Shown: positions 33,819-43,769 of the stretch, piece after piece | How positions within the stretch are numbered: the stretch's first letter is position 1 | Layout of the letters: every line of letters begins with the position of its first letter | Origin: Patescibacteria group bacterium | GTDB lineage: Bacteria; Patescibacteriota; WWE3; UBA101185; 2-01-FULL-41-18 | Assembly (NCBI GenBank): GCA_038064575.1 | Contig: JBBTST010000001.1 | Span: forward strand, 35,650 to 99,649 | Direction: 5' to 3' | DNA length: 64,000 bases | The notes under the pieces: generated by a model | Seen by the model: only the letters and a program-made list of their open reading frames with translations | What the model was told of the DNA's origin: nothing | Databases searched by the model: none | Translations under genes and position numbers: made by a program

Positions 33819-34214
33819 ATGAAGATAGTTCCTGTACAACTAATTAGTATGAAGAAAAACTCGAGATTCGCAGTTACTTATTTAATAGTCACTCTTTTAC
33901 TTCTAATTTCAGCTTTATTATTCTTCATATACCAGTCCCAAAGAAATAAAGGAAATCTTTTATCTCCCACAAATAGTGTTACTAGTAACTGGTATGAAAC
34001 TGATGTACAACCTACTATTAAGGAGACTACCGAATCGTTAAATACATACAATAGTGAAGCTTACAGTCTTATATCAATGTATTTGGATCAATATGTTTAC
34101 CCAAAATCAAAAGATGGGAAAAGCATTTACGAATACAGAATAAATAAAATCAGTAATGTAAATAAATCCGAAGAACAGCTGACATTTAGTTTAGTTTTCT
34201 CAAAGGGGACATAA
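33819..34214 (+). CDS. hypothetical membrane-anchored protein
   Basis: 131 aa with an N-terminal TM ('FAVTYLIVTLLLLISALLFFIY'). Confidence 0.4.
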   Translation: MKIVPVQLISMKKNSRFAVTYLIVTLLLLISALLFFIYQSQRNKGNLLSPTNSVTSNWYETDVQPTIKETTESLNTYNSEAYSLISMYLDQYVYPKSKDGKSIYEYRINKISNVNKSEEQLTFSLVFSKGT

Positions 34215-34241
34215 GCTACGTTCTATTCTTCCATAAGCCCT

Positions 34242-34276
34242 AAACATCCCAGAAAAAAACTGGGATGTTTTTTTAC
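34242..34276. terminator. rho-independent terminator
   Basis: ACATCCCAG - AAAAAAA - CTGGGATGT followed by TTTTTTT. Confidence 0.5.
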
Positions 34277-34299
34277 ATGACACTAACTGATTTACACAT

Positions 34300-34589
34300 T
34301 TTCGACCCCATGGTATGCTATAAGTCATGAATCAGTCAAAATACTTAGTTCATTTGAAAATTGTCCAGGCTAACACCTGTAAATCAGGTGAGGTCTTCAT
34401 ACCTCAATTAACACCATTTGAGGCAAGGTAGCGATTAAGTTTTGCTAAGCTTTAAGGCCTCTAAACGAGGTCTTTTTTATACCCCAATATTAATCACCAA
34501 CTTTAGAGTCTTTCATAGCTTCACAAACTGAGGCTAAATTGAGGTTCTGCTAGAACTTTGACAACGAAAAATCTAAAAGGAGAAATAAA
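34300..34589 (+). promoter_or_regulatory. long structured 5' leader of the MFS transporter gene (candidate attenuator/riboswitch-like element)
   Basis: Mutually exclusive hairpins (CACCTG...CAGGTG, GAGGT...ACCTC, CCTCAA...TTGAGG) and a terminator-like GGCCTC-TAAAC-GAGGTC+TTTTTT at 34456-34478. An AAGGAGA RBS precedes the ATG at 34590. Confidence 0.3.
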
Positions 34590-35756
34590 ATGAATGCAAA
34601 ATTTGTTTTCTACGTAATACAGTTGCTTGAGGGGTTTGGAATGGGATCGTTTTTTCCGATATATACTCCATGGTTGGAATTGCACGGATTAAACTTTCTC
34701 AAAATGGGTTCTGTAAATTTCTTTTACCACATATCCTCCACCATCTTAGATCCTTTTACAGGATTTATTGCGGACAAGTTTGGTAAAAGAAAAACTTTTG
34801 TTATTGGTCAGATTATGTGGACAGCTACACAGTATATCTACGGCGCGAGTACGCAAGTCTTTGGATTTCTTTTAGCTGAAGGCGTAGCAGCTGTTGGGAA
34901 TTCTCTTAAAAGTGATGCACTTGAAAGCTGGCTGCAAAACAGGTTAGGAGAAAGAGAATCAAGTCAGGTAATGGGAAGATCAAAAATATTGTTCACCATA
35001 GGTCAGGTTTTCTCGTCAATCCTTGCAGGGTACATTTCTGTAACTTATAGCATGCAAAGCGCTTGGTTTGTTTCTGGCACATTCTTCCTGATAGCCACTA
35101 TTTTAGGAAGTATAGCTTTGTTTAGGACCGGTGATGATGTACAGGAGCATGCAGACTCGGCAGATGTAAATTTGAAACAAATAGTTTCACTTACATTTGC
35201 AAATAAAAAGATTACGTCAGCTATGCTGTTGCTTTTTGTTTACAGTTTTGCAAGTAAGCCTGTGTTTATGTTTTGGCCACAAATTGTTGCTAGCTTAAAT
35301 ATGCCTGAAATATTACGGGGATTGTCCGTAATGGCAATGTCTATTCCAGCGTTAGTAGGAAGTTTGCTCGCGGGACACAGTATTGTTTTTACACCAAACA
35401 AAGACGGGCTCTACAAAGTTCTGATTGTACTTTGTATTGGCTTAACTATTGCAGGTTTTGCCAAAACTTTGGGCATGTTTTTTGTTGGACTGACAATACT
35501 AGAAGTAGCTTACGGTGCTGTGAGAATTGTTATGTATGGACATGTGTATAACGAAGTTCAGCAAGCACATAGATCTACCGTAAACTCATTGATTAGCGCG
35601 GTTCACACTCTGGGCGGTGCGGTCTCGTTGTTGATAATGGGAGAACTTGCAGATGTGTTTGCACCACAGGTCTCGTTGGCTATTGGAGGCATGCTTGTAT
35701 TAGTTTCTCTGGCAGTTGTGCATCTGATCAAAAAAAACAGCTCTCGCAGCGAGTAA
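34590..35756 (+). CDS. MFS transporter
   Basis: 388 aa with 12 predicted TM segments and MFS-like loop motifs ('DKFGKRKTF'). Confidence 0.75.
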   Translation: MNAKFVFYVIQLLEGFGMGSFFPIYTPWLELHGLNFLKMGSVNFFYHISSTILDPFTGFIADKFGKRKTFVIGQIMWTATQYIYGASTQVFGFLLAEGVAAVGNSLKSDALESWLQNRLGERESSQVMGRSKILFTIGQVFSSILAGYISVTYSMQSAWFVSGTFFLIATILGSIALFRTGDDVQEHADSADVNLKQIVSLTFANKKITSAMLLLFVYSFASKPVFMFWPQIVASLNMPEILRGLSVMAMSIPALVGSLLAGHSIVFTPNKDGLYKVLIVLCIGLTIAGFAKTLGMFFVGLTILEVAYGAVRIVMYGHVYNEVQQAHRSTVNSLISAVHTLGGAVSLLIMGELADVFAPQVSLAIGGMLVLVSLAVVHLIKKNSSRSE

Positions 35757-35776
35757 TAGTACAGTTGGGAGCCGAC

Positions 35777-35816
35777 TAAAAACCCCTCGCCACTTAGGTG
35801 GTTTGGGGTTTTTTTA
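35777..35816. terminator. rho-independent terminator after the MFS gene
   Basis: AAAAACCCC TCGCCAC TTAG GTGG TTT GGGG followed by TTTTTTT. Confidence 0.55.
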
Positions 35817-35917
35817 TCTGAGAAAGATCACTATGCCCAACCAAGAAAGACGTGCACTCGTGTTATCATTAGGTAAACAAGTTAACTTTATGATTACACT
35901 TGAAAGTAAACAACCAT

Positions 35918-37495
35918 ATGAAAAAAATTATTTATATTCTAATACCAATAATCTTAATATTAACAATTTTAAGCATTTCGCTATTTAGACAGGAAAAGCT
36001 TAGCCAAAGCGAAATTAGTAGTCTTACACCTGCAAAACAAACATCAGTTATTGAACTTGAAAATGGCGCCACCCTAAGTCTTACAGCATCAATCGTTAAG
36101 AAAAATATAAATGGCGTAGACGTCAAAATGCTTGCCTACAATGGAGAAATACCGGGTCCTTTAATTAAGACTAAAAAAGAATCTGAGATAACTATAAACT
36201 TTACAAATAATATTGATATGAAGTCTACAATTCACTCTCATGGGGTAAGACTTGATAATAAGTTTGATGGAGTTGCAGATCTAACCCAAGAGCCTGTTAA
36301 AATTGGGGACACTTTTGTATACAAAATCAAGTTTCCTGATGAAGGTATGTATTGGTACCATCCACACATAAGAGAAGATTATCAGCAAGAATTAGGGTTG
36401 TATGGCAATTATCTTGTTTCATCTGATGATGCCAGTTATTGGAACCCGGTAAACCAAGAGATACCGTTATTTTTAGATGACATTCAAATGGAAAATGGTC
36501 AAATCGCTTCATTTAGTAGTGAGAAGGTTGATCACGCTTTTATGGGTAGATTTGGAAACGTTATGTTAGTTAATGGAGAAACTAATTATTCTCTTAAAGC
36601 CAAGAGGGGTGAAGTTGTTAGATTTTATTTAACTAATTCAGCCAATACCCGAACTTTCCATTTTATGATCCTCGGCGTTAAATTAAAGCTTGTTGGCGGA
36701 GATAACGGAAGATTTGAAAAAGAAGAGTTAGTTGATGCAGTGATTGTTAGTCCATCAGAACGATATATTGTGGAAGCGTTGTTTGATAAATCAGGAAGCT
36801 TTGAGATACAAAATAAGACTCCGGAAAAAGCCTACAAACTAGGTTCTGTTACAGTTTTAGACCAAGTTACTGAATTGTCGTATGCGGATAAATTTAATAG
36901 CTTAAGGATTAATAGTGATTTACAAGCAGAAATTGCCGGAATAACAAGTAACTTGAGCGCTATTCCACAAAAAAACCTGACTATATCTATCAATCCCATG
37001 GGAATGGGCAGCGGGACGATGAATAATGGCAGTAATAATATGATGGGCGGAGATCACATGATGCATGGCGGTGCTATGATGCAAAATAACGATAATCAAA
37101 AAATAGAGTGGGATGATGACATGGGTATGATGAACAAAAATGCAACAGCAGATGCAATCAAATGGAAACTAATTGACCAAGCAACAGGCAAAGAAAATAT
37201 GGATATAAACTGGACATTTAAGAAAGGTGATTTAGTTCGCATTAAGTTGTTTAATGATCCAAATTCCCTGCATCCAATGCAACATCCTGTGCATATTCAC
37301 GGACAAAGATTCTTAGTTCTAAGTACAAATAACGTTGAAAATACAAATAAGGTATGGAAAGATACAGCCTTGATACAAACAGGGGATACGGTTGAGTTTT
37401 TGGTGCAAATGGATAACATAGGGGATTGGCTTATTCACTGCCACATACCAGAACACATGGAATCTGGTATGATGTCAAAATTTGAAGTTATTTAA
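35918..37495 (+). CDS. multicopper oxidase with Met-rich insert
   Basis: Cu-site motifs 'HSHGVRL', 'WYHPHIRED', 'HPVHIHGQRF' and 'HCHIPEHMESGMM'. A Met/Gly/Asn-rich segment lies between the His clusters. The start was set at the ATG (MKKIIYIL) rather than the upstream TTG. Confidence 0.85.
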   Translation: MKKIIYILIPIILILTILSISLFRQEKLSQSEISSLTPAKQTSVIELENGATLSLTASIVKKNINGVDVKMLAYNGEIPGPLIKTKKESEITINFTNNIDMKSTIHSHGVRLDNKFDGVADLTQEPVKIGDTFVYKIKFPDEGMYWYHPHIREDYQQELGLYGNYLVSSDDASYWNPVNQEIPLFLDDIQMENGQIASFSSEKVDHAFMGRFGNVMLVNGETNYSLKAKRGEVVRFYLTNSANTRTFHFMILGVKLKLVGGDNGRFEKEELVDAVIVSPSERYIVEALFDKSGSFEIQNKTPEKAYKLGSVTVLDQVTELSYADKFNSLRINSDLQAEIAGITSNLSAIPQKNLTISINPMGMGSGTMNNGSNNMMGGDHMMHGGAMMQNNDNQKIEWDDDMGMMNKNATADAIKWKLIDQATGKENMDINWTFKKGDLVRIKLFNDPNSLHPMQHPVHIHGQRFLVLSTNNVENTNKVWKDTALIQTGDTVEFLVQMDNIGDWLIHCHIPEHMESGMMSKFEVI

Positions 37496-38294
37496 TCCCA
37501 ACCAACTCAATTCTTTCTCCGCCTGTAAAGTTTGTTTCCAATACCATTGCACCAAGTTCCGCGCAATAATATTTGTACTCTCTTGCATCTTTATCAAGAG
37601 GAGTCCAATCGTACATTTTCACGCAATTTGTGTAAGAACCCATTTTTATCTTTAAGGGTTCAGACGTACTAATAACATCTCTCATATCCTCAGCCTTCCC
37701 TTTATAATATTCCTGTTTGTAAGAATCCCCTTTCACATGCTCAGCTTTAATCCAAAGACCGGGTTCAGCTCCATCAACACCCGCTAACCAAGCACCCTCA
37801 TGATCCAAAAGTTTTCCGTCTTCATAATTATCAACGTCCTCACCAAAATACCAAACATTGCCCATGTCATCCTGAGCAAGATAATCTCTTGTATCTTCAA
37901 CTAATTCCCCATCCAACCACACCTTATCCCTATATATTAGTGTCTTTACACCGGCAACAAGTTTAGTATCCCCATTTATAGATATAACTATTTTCTCCAA
38001 GCCATCTTCTGTTTTACCCTCATAGGTTAACTCCCTTCCAACAGGCAGGCTGAAATATTTATTATTAATAGTTGTTGTAAATCTTAACGGGTCAATTTTG
38101 GCAGGATCCATTAATACCGGCTTTTTCTCCTCTAAAGTAGCATCCTCAACAACATCTTTCTCCCTAACTTTTGCTGTTTCAGAGACATCTGTTGGAAGGG
38201 GTGTTTTTTGTGCAGTTTTACTTAAAAGACTTAAAGCAACATACCCCCCGAGACCAAGAATAATTACAAGTAAAACAATTGGTAGTTTTTTCAT
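37488..38294 (-). CDS. hypothetical secreted/membrane-anchored protein
   Basis: 268 aa with an N-terminal TM. Confidence 0.45.
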   Translation of the reverse strand: MKKLPIVLLVIILGLGGYVALSLLSKTAQKTPLPTDVSETAKVREKDVVEDATLEEKKPVLMDPAKIDPLRFTTTINNKYFSLPVGRELTYEGKTEDGLEKIVISINGDTKLVAGVKTLIYRDKVWLDGELVEDTRDYLAQDDMGNVWYFGEDVDNYEDGKLLDHEGAWLAGVDGAEPGLWIKAEHVKGDSYKQEYYKGKAEDMRDVISTSEPLKIKMGSYTNCVKMYDWTPLDKDAREYKYYCAELGAMVLETNFTGGERIELVGIK

Positions 38295-38367
38295 AAGCCT
38301 ATACTAAGATTACAACACACCTTCCATATAAGTTCAAGTAGCCTCTGTAATACTGTAAAATGCACTG

Positions 38368-39531
38368 ATGAACTTATCTTTAGACCAAAAAAAAGCCGTT
38401 AAAGCTCTTCTCGACTGGTTTCATAGCAAAAATAAAACTCCTGTAATCACACTTGGAGGATATGCAGGAACGGGTAAAACCACACTTATCTCATATTTTA
38501 GAAAAAAACTTTATGACAACAGTAAAAAAACAAAAGTGGCATTTTGTAGCTATACTGGAAGGGCAACCCAAAATTTAAAAAATAAGCTAGGTCAAAATGC
38601 TACAACCTACTGGCAGGATAAACTAAGTACTATTCATGGGCTAATGTACAATCCTATTGAAAATGCTCATCAGGAAATTGTAGGCTGGGAGAAAAAAGAG
38701 CAAATTGAAGCCGATTTAATAATAATTGATGAGGCATCTATGGTTGATGAGTTGATTTTCAAGGACTTGTTATCTTTCACTATCCCAATTATTGCTGTTG
38801 GAGACCATGGGCAACTTCCGCCAATCAACGGAAATTTCAACCTGATGCAAACGCCCAATATTACTCTAACCCAAATCCACAGACAGGCAAAAGACAACCC
38901 TATAATAAAGATCTCTATCCTGGCAAGAGAAAAGGGTAGCATCCCAGTTAAAAGCTTTGGGAAAAATATCTCCAAATATGCGCTATCCAATCCTGAAGCA
39001 TCTGAAATAAGTTCACAACTCCTTAAAAACTATTCACCAGACACTCTCATCCTTTGCGGCTATAACTCAACAAGAACTAAAATTAATAGCTTCATCAGAT
39101 CTGATTTAGGCTTTGACACTCCTACTCCCCAAGCTAATGATAGAGTAATTTGCTTAAGAAACAATCATGAGAAAAGCATTTACAATGGGATGTTAGGAAC
39201 GGTGCTTAAGATCTCAAAGAAGGATGAGAACTGGTTTAACGCTGAAATAGAAATGGACGGCTCTGAAAAACTATATTCAGGGCTTATATTCGCTCCTCAA
39301 TTTGGAGCTTTGCAACCTGTTAATTTTACACAAAACAGAAGGCTTGCCCTGGCTGGAGATTTGTTTGATTTTGGCTACGCACTGACAGTTCACAAAGCTC
39401 AGGGCAGTCAGGCAAAAAGAGTGATTTTGTTTGAAGAGAAATTTCAAAAAATGGATAAAACTATGTGGAAAAGATGGCTATACACAGGCATAACAAGGGC
39501 TGAAGAAGAGCTTTTCTTATTTGGAAACTAA
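38368..39531 (+). CDS. RecD/TraA/Pif1-like SF1 DNA helicase (AAA_30 + UvrD_C_2-type)
   Basis: Walker A 'GGYAGTGKTT', Walker B 'LIIIDEASMVD' and C-terminal 'ALTVHKAQGSQAKRVILF'. Confidence 0.75.
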   Translation: MNLSLDQKKAVKALLDWFHSKNKTPVITLGGYAGTGKTTLISYFRKKLYDNSKKTKVAFCSYTGRATQNLKNKLGQNATTYWQDKLSTIHGLMYNPIENAHQEIVGWEKKEQIEADLIIIDEASMVDELIFKDLLSFTIPIIAVGDHGQLPPINGNFNLMQTPNITLTQIHRQAKDNPIIKISILAREKGSIPVKSFGKNISKYALSNPEASEISSQLLKNYSPDTLILCGYNSTRTKINSFIRSDLGFDTPTPQANDRVICLRNNHEKSIYNGMLGTVLKISKKDENWFNAEIEMDGSEKLYSGLIFAPQFGALQPVNFTQNRRLALAGDLFDFGYALTVHKAQGSQAKRVILFEEKFQKMDKTMWKRWLYTGITRAEEELFLFGN

Positions 39532-39537
39532 TATAAT

Positions 39538-40086
39538 TTAGTTTTTATCCTTCCACAAAAGGTCAAACAACCACACAGCACTCTCAACCAGCGGAAGCTT
39601 ATCAATCTCATGTTGTCTAAACCATTTGGCATCTTGAACCTTGCCTTCAATATCTTTGCCGAGTGTACTTTGCTTGGTTTTAGCAAGGTAAAAGAAAATA
39701 ACAGTATGATAATTATAGTTTGGAAACAAAGCTTCTTTAAAACAAACAAACTCTAAATCTTTTACAACAAGCCCTGTTTCTTCCTGCAATTCCCTTTTAG
39801 CTGCTTCTTCTAAACTCTCGCCAAATTCCACCTTTCCCCCGGGAACTATCCATTTGCTCTTACCACCTTCTAAGACCTCATTAACTAACAAGTATTTATC
39901 TTTATTTTTAGCCAGAACCCCAACAATAACCTTTGGTTTTCTCTCCGCCATCTTTATTTTTATCTTGGGAGGAATCTCTCTACAACCGCATTCTCTTGCA
40001 TGATTTACATGCCACTGAATTCTTTGAGCCTCTTTTGGTCTTTTAGGCAATGGGTTTTCTTTGTGCCACTCTTTATTTGTTTTCAT
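39538..40086 (-). CDS. NUDIX hydrolase with N-terminal Cys/His-containing extension
   Basis: Nudix box 'GGKVEFGESLEEAAKRELQEETGL'. The N-terminus has 'WHVNHARECGCREIPP'. Confidence 0.75.
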   Translation of the reverse strand: MKTNKEWHKENPLPKRPKEAQRIQWHVNHARECGCREIPPKIKIKMAERKPKVIVGVLAKNKDKYLLVNEVLEGGKSKWIVPGGKVEFGESLEEAAKRELQEETGLVVKDLEFVCFKEALFPNYNYHTVIFFYLAKTKQSTLGKDIEGKVQDAKWFRQHEIDKLPLVESAVWLFDLLWKDKN

Positions 40087-40208
40087 TTTCCTATTATTTA
40101 ATTTTTGTTAAAAATTCTCAACTAACAAAACTAAGACCATCTTTAGCTTCTAAAGTTCCAGCTTTTTTACTAGTCTCAGAAGGTGAGCAAAAACAGTATC
40201 AAAAAAAA

Positions 40209-40628
40209 CTAGTCAATTAGCCCCTGTTTTTTAAGTCTTGGGATAACCTCATGCTCAAAAATGGATCCTACTTTAATGTCTTCCGGAATCTTTGAAGTTA
40301 GCCATAATATTTCTTCTATTACTTCCTCGCCGTTTGTTGGAACTGGATCCCCTTCCCATTTCTTAACTAAAAAACAGGTCATTTGAACATACTTTTCTTC
40401 ATCCCCCGCTGCACGGGCCAGAAAAGTACCAAACTCCTCCAAATCACCCCCGTCTACAAAAACATTAACCTCTTCTTTTAGCTCTCTAATAATTGTTTCC
40501 TTAGGAGTTTCACCTTTCTCAATAGAACCACCGGGAGCAATGAAAGGTATTTTACCCTTCTCTCTTGTAACAAGAAGCTTCCTGCTTTTTATTAAAATTC
40601 CAGCAGCCTTGTTATAGTAAATTTCCAT
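40209..40628 (-). CDS. NUDIX hydrolase
   Basis: Nudix box 'PGGSIEKGETPKETIIRELKEEVNV'. Confidence 0.75.
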   Translation of the reverse strand: MEIYYNKAAGILIKSRKLLVTREKGKIPFIAPGGSIEKGETPKETIIRELKEEVNVFVDGGDLEEFGTFLARAAGDEEKYVQMTCFLVKKWEGDPVPTNGEEVIEEILWLTSKIPEDIKVGSIFEHEVIPRLKKQGLID

Positions 40629-40677
40629 TGTGTTTATTTTAAACTCATCACTCTAAATGAGCAAAGCCAAACAGAAT

Positions 40678-42123
40678 TTATAAATAAGTGAGCACTCCCT
40701 CCTTGAGGTTTAACATTTTTTTAACACCTATGCTTTCTACAAAGTACCTGTCGTGAGAAACTAGCAAAAGCGTACCACCAAACTCTCTTAAAGATTTTTC
40801 TAGCACCTCTTTTGTGTCTATATCCAAGTGATTGTCCGGCTCATCCAAAATCAAAAAATCATATTTCTTATTTGCAAAAATTGCCAGCTTAAATCTGGCT
40901 CTTTCTCCGGGACTTAACTGCCAGATTCTTTTTTTTACTGCCTCCTTATCAAACAGAAACTTAGCAAGTTGCCCATAAGCATCTCCAAAATAAACACCTG
41001 TTTCTTTGACAAAATAGTCAAAGAGGTTATCTTCAAAATCCAAATTGGTCTGGACTTGAGAAAAGTAACCGGTTGTTATATTTTCTCCAATCCTTACTTT
41101 ACCGGCGGACTGCGCTTCCTCCCCTACAATTATTTTTACAAGTGTAGATTTACCACCTCCGTTTGGGCCAAAAAGCCAAACTTTTTCCCCGCTTCTTAGT
41201 TCAAAATTCAATTTTTCAAAAACACCTCTTCCTCCATAATTCTTACTAACATCTTCAAACCTGGTCATAAGCTTTCCTTCTCCAACCTCAGTTTTAAAAC
41301 TAAGCCCTTTAAGCCTTTTAACAACGTACTTTTCTTTTTTATTCTCCCCTTCAACCTCCCTCTCTATTCTTTTTTTTGCAGCACTAACTGCATTACCTCT
41401 TTTTTTTCCTTTAATTTTTCTGGCGTTTTCTAACAGCTTTTCCAATTGGGCTTTTTTCTTTAGAAATCTAACATACTCCTCATCCCACTTGTTAATCTTT
41501 TTTAACTTTTCCTCTTTATAAGTGTCATAATCTCCAACAAATCTGAAAAGCTTGTGCTTTTCAATTTCCCAAATCTCGTCAACAACATGATTTAGAAACG
41601 ACCTGTCATGAGAAATAAGTACAACTGTTATGGGAAGATGCTTTATATATTCCTCAAACCACATTATTCCCTCAATATCAAGGTGATTAGTAGGTTCATC
41701 AATTAATAGAATTGTTGGATCAGTAAGCATAACTTCAATTAATTTCACTTTCATTTTTTGGCCTTCTGAAAGTGTTGCAAGTTCCTGATAAGGATCAAAG
41801 TTGTGAAATTTAACTTTATCTACAAGCTGCTCAATTTTATAAAACTCCCAAGACTCATTAAGCTTTAATTCAAGGTACTCGCCTACCAAAGTGTTGTTAG
41901 AGAAAGAGAATTCCTGAGGAATATAGGCTAGCACTTCATTTTCCTTCTCAATATACCCCTCAGTTATTTCTTCCTCCCCCATAATCATTTTGAAAAAAGT
42001 AGTTTTTCCACACCCATTTCTGCCAACAACGGCAATTTTTGTACCGTTTCCAATCTTAAAATCAACTTTATCAAGGATGACTCTGTCAAGATATTTCTTT
42101 GTAAGGGCTTTGGTGGTAATCAC
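40678..42123 (-). CDS. ABC-F family ATPase (tandem ABC domains, no TMD)
   Basis: Two Walker A sites ('GRNGCGKTT', 'GPNGGGKST') and two signature motifs ('LSEGQKMKV', 'LSPGERARF'). A K/R/E-rich linker joins the domains. Confidence 0.85.
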   Translation of the reverse strand: MITTKALTKKYLDRVILDKVDFKIGNGTKIAVVGRNGCGKTTFFKMIMGEEEITEGYIEKENEVLAYIPQEFSFSNNTLVGEYLELKLNESWEFYKIEQLVDKVKFHNFDPYQELATLSEGQKMKVKLIEVMLTDPTILLIDEPTNHLDIEGIMWFEEYIKHLPITVVLISHDRSFLNHVVDEIWEIEKHKLFRFVGDYDTYKEEKLKKINKWDEEYVRFLKKKAQLEKLLENARKIKGKKRGNAVSAAKKRIEREVEGENKKEKYVVKRLKGLSFKTEVGEGKLMTRFEDVSKNYGGRGVFEKLNFELRSGEKVWLFGPNGGGKSTLVKIIVGEEAQSAGKVRIGENITTGYFSQVQTNLDFEDNLFDYFVKETGVYFGDAYGQLAKFLFDKEAVKKRIWQLSPGERARFKLAIFANKKYDFLILDEPDNHLDIDTKEVLEKSLREFGGTLLLVSHDRYFVESIGVKKMLNLKEGVLTYL

Positions 42124-42161
42124 AGGAAGATTTTATCACTTAATGGCTTTACTTTACGGCC

Positions 42162-43004
42162 TTATTTTAGCAATAGCGCTCCAATAGTCACTAGCAATGC
42201 AGCTATAACTTTTCTCACAACATTTGATCTTTCCTTCAAAAAGACTATCCCAATGACAACAGTAAGTATGGTTGAGGTTGAGGTTATTAATACAACTCTT
42301 GAAGCCTCCCCATAAGAGAAAGCTTTAATCAAAAAATAGTAGGCAGACACATTCACAAAAGCCAAAAGGATAATCTTCCAATTTGATATTTTCACCTCCT
42401 TTAACAAACCTTTAACAGCAAGTCTGGGAAATAAATACAAAAAAACATTTGGGATGGCATAAGTTAGAAAAGCGTAAAAAGCTAAAGGATAAAAAGAAGA
42501 AAGCCTTTTATCAAAAGACCAGGCAACACCTAAAGATAAAATTACTATTAAAGCATACTTAATACCCTTTTGAACTGCCAATTTTCTTCCTTTGAAAACA
42601 GCCAAAATATTTCCGCCAACAATAAGAAAGGCTGCAATAATTTTAGGAAAAGTGAGAGATTCACCTAAAAATAAAATTGCAATTGTAAAGGTAACAATAG
42701 GAATAAATTTAGTTAAAATTGTGTAGGTAGAAGCCTCCACATACTTTCTGGCAAAAAATTCGTACCTATTAAAAATTCCATAAGTAACCATGTTTAGAGC
42801 AGACAAAATAATCACCCACATAGGAAGAGGTGTAAACTTAGTTTGTTCAAAGACTAGAAAAACCAGAGCAAAGCCGGCAGCTATGGCATTGTACACAAAG
42901 GCAAAAGCTCTGGGATCTTCCGACTTAACTGCCAAAGATCTTCCAAGGATACTGTTAAGAGAAAAAAGAATTGATGATATGAGTGCGTTAATTTCCCAAG
43001 CCAT
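42162..43004 (-). CDS. EamA/DMT-superfamily transporter
   Basis: 280 aa with 10 TM segments in two repeats. Confidence 0.65.
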   Translation of the reverse strand: MAWEINALISSILFSLNSILGRSLAVKSEDPRAFAFVYNAIAAGFALVFLVFEQTKFTPLPMWVIILSALNMVTYGIFNRYEFFARKYVEASTYTILTKFIPIVTFTIAILFLGESLTFPKIIAAFLIVGGNILAVFKGRKLAVQKGIKYALIVILSLGVAWSFDKRLSSFYPLAFYAFLTYAIPNVFLYLFPRLAVKGLLKEVKISNWKIILLAFVNVSAYYFLIKAFSYGEASRVVLITSTSTILTVVIGIVFLKERSNVVRKVIAALLVTIGALLLK

Positions 43005-43205
43005 AGAAAAACTAGCCTATTCCTTAATAATATAAAGATAAGTTGACTGGGTATACAGCCAAATAATCCCTGTTTTAAACGTTATCAAACATGAAAAGCT
43101 ATTTTTTAAACTCTGGCAACAGTTATAATAGCTGGACTAATTAGCTTTCACTCTGGTAAATTCTATGAAGGGAAAATTCCACTTTTCAAAGGAGGTGAAC
43201 AAACA

Positions 43206-43733
43206 ATGGATGAAAACAATAAAAATGCTGACCAGAGTCAAACCAAATTTAACCCCTGGATACTTCTTGCAATAGGAGGAGTTGTACTACTGGGACTTGT
43301 TTTGGCTATGTCAAAGAAAAATTCCAGTACTAAAGAAGTACTAAAACCCACTGAAAAAGCAGAGTCTATAACCAACCAAATAGAAGAAAAGAATGAAAGC
43401 ACTAAAGAAGCCTCTCCGGAAGAAGACTCAGAAAAGTCGGGTGTTATGGAAAAGGCAACTATAAAAGAGTTTACAATTGAAGGTAAAAACTTCTCATTCA
43501 ATCCTGTACAAATAAAAGTTAAAAAAGGTGATAGATTAAAAATCACTTTTAATAACGTTGAGGGGTTTCATGACTTTGTGATTGATGAATTCAATACAAG
43601 AACCAAACAAATAAAAGTCAATGAAAGCGATGTAGTTGAATTCACAGCGGATAAAGCTGGCTCCTTTGAGTACTACTGTAGTGTAGGAAAACATAGAGAA
43701 ATGGGTATGAAAGGAACTCTTATAGTTGAATAA
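43206..43733 (+). CDS. membrane-anchored cupredoxin (type 1 blue copper protein)
   Basis: N-terminal TM. The C-terminus has 'FHDF...YYCSVGKHREMGM' (His, Cys-x4-His-x3-Met ligand set). AGGAGGTGA RBS upstream. Confidence 0.75.
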   Translation: MDENNKNADQSQTKFNPWILLAIGGVVLLGLVLAMSKKNSSTKEVLKPTEKAESITNQIEEKNESTKEASPEEDSEKSGVMEKATIKEFTIEGKNFSFNPVQIKVKKGDRLKITFNNVEGFHDFVIDEFNTRTKQIKVNESDVVEFTADKAGSFEYYCSVGKHREMGMKGTLIVE

Positions 43734-43769
43734 ATTAAGTTTGAGGCTGGGGGTGTAATCTTCCAGCCC

